A stretch of DNA of 64,000 bases from Candidatus Aenigmatarchaeota archaeon. GTDB lineage: Archaea; Aenigmatarchaeota; Aenigmatarchaeia; CG10238-14; SpSt-28. Location of the stretch: positions 32,001 through 96,000 of the forward strand of contig JAWBAK010000001.1 of the NCBI GenBank assembly GCA_038997165.1, written 5' to 3'. Numbering within the stretch: position 1 is the first letter of the stretch; every line of letters begins with the position of its first letter. Positions 41,001 through 53,000 of this stretch are shown piece after piece. Under the pieces are notes generated by a model. It searched no databases and had not been told where the DNA came from. It was given only the letters and a program-made list of their open reading frames with translations. Made by a program: the position numbers and the translations under genes.

Positions 41001-44000
41001 TCTATACAGAAGAGCAATCTTTTGAATTAACTAAAAGTCCAGTAGTTCTTAATTTGATTAGTGGAAATGGAACAAGTGTAAGAAGAAATATAGCCTCGAC
41101 AAACTTAAGAATTAGCGTTTTTGATTTAGTTAAAAATTCATTAGTCGGAACTTCAATATTGCCAGAAGCATATGTGAAATTTAATATTACATTTGACAGC
41201 TTAAATTATATAAACTTAGATGAAGTTTCTACAACATCAGGATATGCAGAAGTTATGTTTTCTCCAGATTGTTCTTTCTCAGCCGGAACTCAATATTGGT
41301 ATGCCTACATTAGTGAAAACGATGTTTGCTACGAATTCAATCAAACAAATAATTTTGAAGTATATGTAATAGGTAGTTTAAACCCATCTATCATTGAACC
41401 TACCAATTTATTTAAAGTATATAAAGGGAATAACGTAAGCATTAGAGCGAATATTCAAGATGATTGCAATGAAAATGTTAGCGTAGATTTTATACAAATT
41501 AATCCAATAAGCAGAATTACAGGTCAAATGTTTAATTGTATTGTTTCAGAAGAAAATATAGGAATCTATAACTGTAGTTTTGAAACTGTAGATAAACCAG
41601 CTGGAGCATACGATATTAGAGTAAATGTTTCTAAACAATATCATGTCTCAGCAATATATACAGAAAGTAATGCGTTTTTCATAGAAACCTATCCTTCATT
41701 AACAAACCCATCTGTTACACCAATAGTTGAGGGTTGGGGTAAAACAAGAACATTTAGTATTACAGCAAGTGATGAAGATAGAGATGCTTTATATGTCTGC
41801 TTATATTATAGACCGAAAGGAAGTGAAGATTGGAGCTTAGCGTCTTGTAGAACGAAACCTTCTGGCATTGCTTCACAAACATTAACATTTTCTAGAACAT
41901 TTAGCTGCGATAATTTATTAGGACAAGAAAGTATAGAATATGAATTTTTCTTTAATGTTACGGATGATGACAATAATATAGCGGAAAGTGAAATAAAAAA
42001 CTTTACTCTTGAAAGAGATGATATTTCAGTCAGTTTAGCAGAGAGTTATGTAGAGTATAATAGAAGTAGTACAGAAAAGGCTTCTCTAATAATTTCAATA
42101 AGAGATTTAGATGCAAATTCCTATGCAACGAGAGCTGTTAATGCAACATTATATGTAACTAGAATTCCAGGAACAACAAACTACTTTATAGATAACGTTT
42201 ACATAAATAGAAATCCTGTTCTAGGAAACATAACATTTTACTTTCCACAACAAAACAAATGTTTATATAAAGTAGGGCCACAAAAATGGTATGTAAGTAT
42301 AAATTCAAGTTGCTATAAACCAGCGAATTCTCCAATAGGAACTCTTAATATCACGAGCTTGCCTCTAAATTCGACATTAATATATCCTATAGGAGAATAT
42401 TTCCCACAAGGATATAATATACCAATAACTGTAGAAGTTTATGATGATTGCGAAAAAGTTGATGGTGCATCTCTTTCAATAGAAGTTATAAATCCAAACA
42501 ACGAAACTATTGAATGTTATCCTGTTTCGAATCTTGGAAATGGAGGCTATAGGTGCTCGTTTAGCGATACTTATTTATTGGGAAGCTACACAATTAAAAC
42601 ACAAGCAAATAAGCAATACTATCCTGAAGGGTATATTAATGAATTTCCAAACGCCTTTTTCATTACTTCAGCACCTTTCATAGATTCCACAGAAGTCTAT
42701 GCAAGTAGAACATCAAGCGAAGAGGGTGGATGGGGAGACACATGGTTCTTTAAAATAAGAGTTTATGACGAAGATCAAAGTTTTATAGAGTTTGAAAAAC
42801 TAAATATTAGTTTATACATAGATTTTGGTAATGGATACGAATACATATCTTCGCAAATATGTGAAGCTCCAGAATGTGCAAGTCTAAAAGAATTTGTTTT
42901 TACGCATACATTTGATTGTTCAAAGATTGGTGATAATAAGAAATTTAAGTTTATAGTTAGAGATTTCTTCAATAATACTGTTGAATCTGCCGAAGGGTAT
43001 TTTAACATATTACCAGATGAACCGCAAATAACAATTCTAAGAAAGCCAACAAGAATTAATAGAGAAGGGAATTTTGCTGATATGTTTAACATTTCTGTTA
43101 TAGATGTAGATAGAGGAGTTCCAGCAAATGCTACTCTTACATTATTTATTACAACGGATTCTTCGAACTTTAATTTCTATGTTAATCTAAATTCCGTAAA
43201 TGGAATTGCTACATATAGCTTTGATCCTGATTGTAGATTTAGCGCTGGAATTCAATATTTCAAAGTAAGCACAAACGATTCTTGCTATAAGCTCAAAACT
43301 AGCGATATTGACGAATTCGAAATTATAGGAAGTTTACAAAACTATATTATTTATCCATATAGAAATTCGGATATTTTAATAGAATTTGGAAAAATCGAAA
43401 ATATAACTTTAAATGTTAAAGATGAGTGTGAAAATGATATTGAAAATGCTAATGTTAATCTAAATGCTATTTGGCCAAATAATTATATAGAAAATATTCC
43501 TGTTTATGAAGAAAATAGTGGAATTTATAATGCAACTTGGAATTTAAGTAGAAAAATTGGTGGATATTATTCTTTTGTTTTTAATTCTTCCAAGGAATAT
43601 TATAATTCTAATTCAACATTATTCTTAAATTGGATTTATCTAAATAATACTCCACCAATAATTGAAAATATAAGTGTTAATCCATTAGTTGGTGGATGGG
43701 GAGAAACGTTTACATTTAGCGCAGATGTTTTTGATATTCAAAGAGATGATGTTGTTTGTAAGCTATATGTTTATACAGGGAAAAATACTTGGTTATATAA
43801 AGGAAGTGTAACTATTAAAGATGGGGTTGGAAAGTGTATAATAAATGTTAGTGATTTTGATTGCTCAGATATTAATGTTACTTCTTTGAATATGTTTAAG
43901 TTTGAAATTTCTGATGTAAACAATGTTTTTAATACTACAGAAATTTTTGCACCAGCAATAGGTAAAAATGATGTTGAAATTTATTATGTATTTGGAAATA

Positions 44001-47000
44001 ATAGTTTCGTTAATAGAGCGTATTACAACACAACCTTATTATCTTTAAGGATATTTGATAAAATTAAGAATACATTTGTAGGTTCTAATGTTAGAGGTTT
44101 TGTAAAAGTTACTAAAGATGGAAGTAATTATGGAGAAGAAATTATAAACTATACCAATTCTTCTGGATATCTAAATGTTTATTTCGATCCAAGCGGAGAT
44201 TATGAAGTAGGTATTCAAAAATGGCTTGGAGGAGTTTTGAACGATAATTGTTATTTAGATAAAAATAGTGAAGAGTATTATTTAACTATCTTAGGAGAAA
44301 TAGCTCTTAGTTATTTTGGAATAGATAGAGAAGATGCTCGATACCTTAAGCCAAAAGATGATATTACAATTACTATAGCGCTTCAAGATGATAGGGGCTC
44401 GTATATAAATGATGCAAACGTTAATATAACTTTAATAGATGAGTTTAATAATAAATATATTTGCCCTATAAGTAATCTTGGCGGTGGAACTTATCAATGT
44501 TCTATTAGCACATCTGTCTTAGCTGCTAGATGGTATAACGTTTCTATATTAGCTAAAAAAGAATATCATTTAGATCTAAATGTTACATTTTCCAACGTAT
44601 TTTTCATAGAAACAGAGCCAAAAGTATATAATATAAGTGCTATTAGCGAGGAAAACTCAAATATTGGTGGATGGGGAGAAACGTGGAAATTCGTTGCAAT
44701 TTTTGAAGATGAAGATTTAGATAGAAATGAAATTTGGATTCAAATCAAGCCAGAAAACTCTGAAAATTGGTATACTGTCAATAGTACTATAATTTCTGGA
44801 ATTAATAAGACAACTATTGAACTTATAGTGAAAGATCCAGGATTACTACAACAATATTTAGGCATATGGAATGCTCAATTCTATTCAATCGATAATAGAG
44901 GATATATAAGTTATAGTGAAATTATTAATTTCACTGTAGAGAAAAATGATGTAAGAATAGAATTAGTTGAAGGAAATAATTCAACTGTATGGCGAAATAA
45001 TACAGAATCTGTAACTTTAAAAGTTAGAATTTACGATTTAGATCAAAAGATATATGTATCTTCTCCTTCAGCAAAAACATATTTCTTTATAACTTATGAT
45101 GGAAATGTTTTTGATGAAGGAAGAGAAACTTATACAGATAATGAAGGTTATTCATACATTGATTTCGATCCAGATTGTAGATATAAGACAGGTGTTCAAA
45201 AATGGGTTGTGAAGATTATTAACGATACTTATTATAAAGATTCTTCATCTCAAAACTTCACATTAAACATTTACTCTACTTTAATTCCGAATGTAACATT
45301 TCCAGATGGACATGCATTTTTAGTTGGGGAATTAGTACCTATAAATGTTAGCCTAAGAGATGAATGTGAATATGTAAATAAAGCAAGTGTAACAATAAGA
45401 GTTAGATATTTAGCAACTACATATACTTGCACTCCAGTAAATAATATTGATAATGGAATTTATAACTGTGTTTGGGACTCTAGTGGAAAAGCATATGGAG
45501 GTTATGATGTAATAGCTATTGCTTCGAAATCTTTCTACGCATCTAATTCAACGACAAAACCTCTAGCATTTTATTTAGCATCAATACCACAGCTTTCTAA
45601 CGCATCTGTTAATCCATTAGTTGGTGGATGGGGAGAAACGTTTACATTTAGCGTAAGATTAACTGATTTAGATAGAAATCAAAATAATGTTACCTTATGG
45701 AAAAGTTATGATAATCAAAGTTGGATTTATGTAACAAGTAAATTAGTTACACCAACATATGCAGGATATTTAGTAAGTTTTGTTGTAACGTTTGATTGCG
45801 AAGATTTATTAAATGGTCCTCTAGTATATTTCAAGTTTTCATCAAAAGATCAATTCGGTTATTATAATGAAAGTGGAATAATTAATGTTACATTTGAGCA
45901 AAACGATGCTTCATTAAGTATTATAGAATATAATTCAAGCGTTAGAAGGCTAGAAAACAATATATCGTATTTCTTACTTAGAGTTTACGATAGCGATAGA
46001 AAAGTTTATCCAAATAATACAGAAGTCACTTTATATATAACTGAAAATGGAAATGACTATACAATAGAAATTATTAATCAAACATATTTAGGAAATGTAT
46101 CTTTCTATTACGATCCTACATGCTCTTCAAACGTAGGAATTCAAAAATGGTATGCGAAAATCACAGATGTTTGTTATAAAAATGTTAATACAACAGAAAG
46201 AGCTTTAACTGTTATTGGACAATTATATATAGACATCTTGAATCCAAAAAACAATCAAATCTTAAACAGAAATACTACTTATTACTTTAATTCTAGCGTA
46301 TATGATGAATGTAATTTAATAATCGATAATGCAAATGTTAGCTGGTTCTTTGGAAATACAAGAATTGGTACTACGTATAACGTTACATATACCATTCCAT
46401 TTAACTATAAGTTAGGATTAGAAAATGTAAAAGCAAACACTTCTAGGATTTATTACGATCCAAATGAAAAGGTTATAAATGTTTATGTTTATGGATTTGC
46501 AGATTTAACAGAAATTTATCCACAAACAAATTCAAAATTCTTAGCTGGAGAAATAGTAAATTTAGTTTGCAGAGTTATGGATAAAAATCTAAATGTACCA
46601 ATCGAAGGATATACAGTATATTTCTATAGAAACGATACATTAATAGGAAGCTCGCTAACAAATTCTAGTGGATATGCAACATTCAGCTGGTCAACAGTTA
46701 ACGAATTAGCTGGATTTGTAGAGATGAAATGTAGGATAACTAACGACGATATTAAATATTATAATGCATCTATTTCAGAAATTTCTTCTTTAATAAGAAT
46801 TAGAAGACCTATAACAATAAGAGAGATTTCTGTTACACCAAATGAAATTTATAGAAATGATACTTTTTCACCAAACATAGCTACTATAAAAGTGAGAACA
46901 TATGATTCAATAATAGCGGCAACAAGTAATGCAATAGTTTATTTCTATAACGAAACAGATTTAATTGGAAACTGCACACCAGATTCTTTTGGCTATTGTT

Positions 47001-50000
47001 CGATAACATATAATCCACCCAACGAAACTAATGTTGGAATTAAATACATTTACATAAACGCAACACCAACGATAGAAGGTAGAGAAAACTCAGATACATA
47101 TATCACATCTTTTATAGCAAAAGGTAAATTATATATTCAAATATTAGAACCTTCGAACTCTAGCATATTTGCAAAATCTTCAACAGTTAATATAAGAACT
47201 TATGTAACTAGTGAAAATGGCGAAAATATTCCTGCATTATATCCAAATTCAAGAGTAAATATTACAAACTCTTCGAGCATAATTGGTTTCGCTTATCCAA
47301 CAGGGGAGGCAAATATTTATGCTGGAAGCTTTAACTTATTAGATCAAAAAACTGGATGGTTAAATATATCTACTATAATAAACATTCCATATTATGATTC
47401 TGCAGTAGATTCTATATGGATATTAGTAACTGGTTTAGCTGGAGTAGAATTTACATTTCCAAGCAATAACCAAGAAATAACTTATCCTTCAACAATATAT
47501 CCAACTTGCTTAGTTAAAGATTTAGATAGTGAAATCGGAATAGAGAATTATCCTGTAGAATTCTATTATAAAACGTCAAGTAGCGATTGGATATATGTAT
47601 CTACAGAAATAACGAATTCTAGTGGATTAGCAAACATATCTTTTACAACCCCATCAAAGGGAGAGTTTTACTTTAAATGTGTTATTAGCGATAATGCAAC
47701 TTTGGTATATTCTGCTATATATAATGAAAGCATTGTTAGAATTTTAGTTAAAGATCTTACCCCACCAGAAATTTTAGAAACTTCAATAAGTCCGACATAT
47801 GATATAGAGGCAAATAGAGATTTTGTAAATATTTCTGCAGTAGTATCTGATAACATAGGAATTAGTGAAGTCTGGGCAATGATTGGCTTGCCAAATGGTA
47901 GTTCAGTAAGAGTAAATATGAATAAAATATCTGGAAATTTAACATATGGATTTTATTCAGCCATTTATATTCCTCCAATAGGCGGAGAATATAATGTAAC
48001 AGTATTTGCAAAAGATTTGCCACCAGAAGCAAATGTTAACTCATCTTTTGCAGGAATTTTCTACGTATTTGGAAAAACTAATCTTGAGCTTAACGTATTT
48101 CCAGAAAACATTATTGCAGATGGTATTACAATATATAATGGCTATCCTTTTGAAATAATAATAAATGTTAGTAATTTAGGTCCCGCGACAGCATACGATT
48201 TAAACATAACACTATTTGATGACAGTGGAAGAATTGAATATTCAACTAATATTATTACTATTTCTAACATAAGCAGGTATATAAACATCTCGCAAATGAT
48301 TATGGCAAGAGTAAAAGAAGCTACACCAGCACAAACCATTAATATATTCGTTAACCTAAGCTGGAGAAATCCAGATTTAACATATAACTATACTGTTAAA
48401 AGAATATTCGTAATAGTTGCAGAAAATCCAAAATTAGAAATTAAGCCAGAATATATCAATGAAGTTGTTGAACACGACACAATAAAGATTATAGGTAGTG
48501 TAAACATTACAAATATTGGAAACGTGCCAATTACCGAAATTTTACTCTCTACAGATTTAAACACTCCGTTTTATATGTATTGTTTGAATTGTTCCATATC
48601 ACTATTTCCAACATATCAAGGATTCTTAGCAATGGGTCAAAGCTTTATTAGTGAAATTACTGTTAGTATTCCTGCGGGCCAAGATCCTGGAAGTTATTGG
48701 AGTAGGATATTAGTTTCTTCAAAAGAGGCAGCCACTGTTTATTCAATAATAAATATAACTGTACCTATAAATAATTCTTGGATTATTGATAAAGAGATTA
48801 GTGGAATAATTCTAGCTCCATTAGGAACTAAAAAAGAAATTGACAAAATTAACTTTTCGAATATTGGAAATGTTAATGTAACTATCTCTATATACTTAAG
48901 TGGAAGAGGTGCCGAATTAGTAAGAGTAGAAAATAGAAGTTCATTTTCTTTTGTATTACCAAAACAAAAAGAAAGATTAGTTTCATTTAGTTACGATATA
49001 CCAAAAACTAAAAATGAAGGACTTTATGATGTAAGAGTAGTAATGGTAAGTACAGATGGTTATCCGAATCTAAGAGAATTTATATTTACGTTAAATGTAA
49101 CAGATATTCCACCAATAATAGAGAATGTAACATTTTCAAAAACAGATTTTGAAATAAACGAAACTATAAATGTAACTGCAAAAATATATGATAACATTGA
49201 ATTAGATAAAGCTTGGATAAACATATCTTATCCAAACAATACTTATGAAATTAAATTGCTGAAGAAATTGCAAGACGATATATTCTACGAAAATATTTCA
49301 TCTAGAATTGCTGGAGAAATTAAGATATCAATCTGTGCAAACGATACTAAAGGTTTAACCAGTTGTACAGAAGAGTTTATAATTAGAGCTCATTCAAAAA
49401 CTATTTTAGATGTTCTATCAGAAAAAATAGTTTTTGAAAACGTTACATTAAGAAATTCTCAAACAAAAACAGTTATACTAAACTTAACTAACTTAGGTTT
49501 TGCAAGAGCATTTAACGTTAGTATAAAAGGTGAAGATGAAATTTTTGATATTACTTTAACTAATGTATCATTAATTTTGGCTAGAGAAATAATTCCAGTA
49601 ATTGTTAATATAACAGCATTAAATGGAACCTATAGTGGAAATTATTCTGCAAAAATAAATATAACTTGGATTAATTTAGATGGAAGCATTGAAAGTAAAA
49701 TATCTTTAATTCCAATAGAAGTTTTGCCAGTTCATTTGATAGAAATAGAAAATAAAACAGAATATATTAAAAACAATGAAGAAAGAATTGTTAATATATC
49801 TTTATCTGCTGTAGGAAATGTTAACGAAACTAATATAACATTAATTTGTTCTGCAAACTGCGAATTGTTTAAAATAGATCTAAACGAAACTATTGATAAT
49901 ATAGCACTTGGAGAAACCATAGAAATTCCAATAAGAGTTTTTGTTCCTTCTGATTTAGAAAGTGGGGAATATATGGTTGAGTTAAAGGCTTATAATGAAT

Positions 50001-53000
50001 TTACTTCAGCAACCGGATATCTAAAAATAATCGTTCCTATAAACATTTCTTGGGAAATTTATCCAATTTATGAAGAAATAGAAAGCGTACAGGGAGAAGA
50101 ATTATTTAGAAATATAACAATAAGAAATACAGGAAATTTAAGATTGTTATTGAATTTGTCTTCAATAGCAATAAACGGATCTAACTTTATATATTTTGAA
50201 AATGATAAAAACTTTACTACAATAAGTTTAAGAGTTGGTGAAACAAAAATTATTCCAATAAAAATAGTTGTTCCTATAGTTTACGATTATTCCATTTTTG
50301 AAAACAGAATAGTTTCGCTTAACTTTACAACTCAATCTGGCTTAATAACTAAGAATTCTACATTTATACTTAAAATACATCCATTATTTGTAAAAATAAT
50401 CGAACCTACAGAATCGAATCCACTAAAAAGAGTTGTTGCTGGTGATACTATTTATGCTAAGGTAAATGTAAGTTATGGAAATGAAACTTTAACATCTAAT
50501 GTTAGTTTTCAAATATTTTTATCGAATGAAACATATAGGCATGAAATAGAAAATTTCACAGCTCAATTCTTAGTAATTGAAAAATTATGGTTATTAACAT
50601 TCATAGCTCCTAATTTAACAGAAGGAATAGGATATGATTTAATCGTTAATGCTACATATTTATTAAAAAATGTTTCAAAAATAGATGTAGAACCAAAATC
50701 AATAATTTATCTTGACACTATTCCGCCAGAAATTGAAATAATTATTCCGGCTAGAATTAGAGTTAATACATCAGCTATATTCTGGTTTAATATAACAGAT
50801 TTAGGTGGAGTAGAAAGTGCTAATGCTATAATAATTAAACCAGATAGCAATATTAGTGAATATAATTTAACGTTTGTAAAAAGAATAGGAAGTACATATA
50901 TATACAAATTAGAGTTTAATGAAACAGATCAAATTGGAAGATATGTAATAAATGTAATTGCTTATGATAAAAGTGGTAACAAAGCTGAAAAATCTGCAAT
51001 TTTTGATGTTAGGCCGCTAATTTTCTTTAGTGGTATTGCAAAAGATGAAGAAAGCATAGATTATGTTCCATTAAACGTTACTTTCGAATTATATCCAGCA
51101 GGAAGGTATGAAATGTTATACAGAATAGTTCCTGACGAAGAAGGATATTATAATGAAACAATAGAAGCGATGTATTACGATATTGTATATAAATTCTTTA
51201 ATGAAAGCTTAGTAATCTCTAATATTGGATTGTTTGATGATGTATTTAATCCGATAGTATTAGGAATACCGAGAGAAGTTATTTTACCAAGAGAAGCAAT
51301 TAAAGGTTATGTTTTAGATAGTATTCTTAAATCATCCTCTACCTTAATATTCGATATAAGCAATTTAGATGCTAGAAAGCATGATTTAAGATTATTAGGA
51401 ATTTATCATTGCGCAAACTGGACAAGATATATTGGCTGCAATTCAACTTGGATTAGACTAAACTCTATAGTTTCTTTACAAAGCTTAAAAGTTTATGCAA
51501 CAAACATAAGCGAAATTAAGGGTGCGTATATTTTAGCTCAATATGTTTGTGGAAATGGAATATGTGAAGATAGATTTGGTGAAAGTAATGCAATTTGTCC
51601 ATTAGATTGTCCAGCTGCTGGAGCTCCAGGAATTCCAGCTCCAGGAATTGGAGCACCTGGAATAGGGGCTGGAGTAGGAATTCCTGCAGTTCCAGCTGCT
51701 CCTGGAGTAGGAATAGGAGTTGGTGCTGGTGCACCAACAATAACCATTCCACCCTATGAAATATTTACTAAGGAAATTAGTGTAACATTAAAGCCAAAAG
51801 AACATATAATTGTAAGTGTTGATATAGGAAACAATAGAAATAAAGATATTAAAGTAAAGTTTAAGCCAGAAGGATTAATTTGGGAATTTGTTCAATTAGA
51901 AGCAAACGAAATTGAAATTAAAGCAAGTCAAAGAGGCACGATAAAAATGAAAATATTTGCTCCAGAAGAAAAAATGCCAGGAATCTATACAGGAGATTTG
52001 GTTGTTTATATTGAAAATGAAACATATAGAATTCCAGTAACAATTAAAATAGAGTTACCACCAGAACCTTTGCTTGACGTAATAATAAATGTATTAAGAA
52101 AAACAATAGAACCCAACGAAACTTTAAAGGTATTTGTTAGAGTAGTCAATATGGGTCAAACAGAAAAAGTAGAAGATATTGTTTTAACTTACATAATAAA
52201 AGATTTATTAACTGGAGAATTATACAATGTTTATAAAGAAACTATAGCTGTAGAGACAGCAACTTCATTTACAAGAGAAATTACCTTACCAGAAGGAATT
52301 AAATTAGATAGAAAATATCTAATAGAGGTTAATGCAAGTTATTGGTATGGAAGAAAATATGCATATGCAGCAGATACTTTTGAAGTAGTTTCATTACCCA
52401 TACCTTTAAAAATACTTAGAAGCCTATTACTAAATCCAGTAACTTATATTGTTACTTTTGGAATTGCACCAACCGCTTATTTAGCTCAAAAAGCACTACA
52501 AGCCTATAAATTAAGAAAATTAAAAGAAAAGAGATATGCATTACCAATAGATTTTGATAAATTACCAAAAGCAGGTCCTAATAGTATTGAAGTTGGAAAA
52601 ATTGCAGAAACGGATGTAAAGGCATATTTTGATATGAAGCAATTAATAATGCATACTATTGCAGCTGGTGGTACTGGAAGTGGTAAAACTATAAGTGCTA
52701 TGGTTGTTGCAGAAGAATTATTAAAAAGAAATATTCCAGTAATAGTTTTTGATCCTACAGCACAATGGACTGGCTTCATAAAACCAAATAAAGATCCTAC
52801 TATGCAAGCCTTTTATAAACAATTTGGATTAAAACCAGAAGATGCTAGAGGATTCAAAACAAATATAATTGTTGTAGAAGATGTGGATATGCCACTAGAT
52901 ATTAAAAAGTATATGAATCCAGGAGAAATAACTGTTTTTGTATTAAATAGATTAAAAGCAGATGAATTAGATAAATTTATTAGAAGAAGTATTGAAGCTG

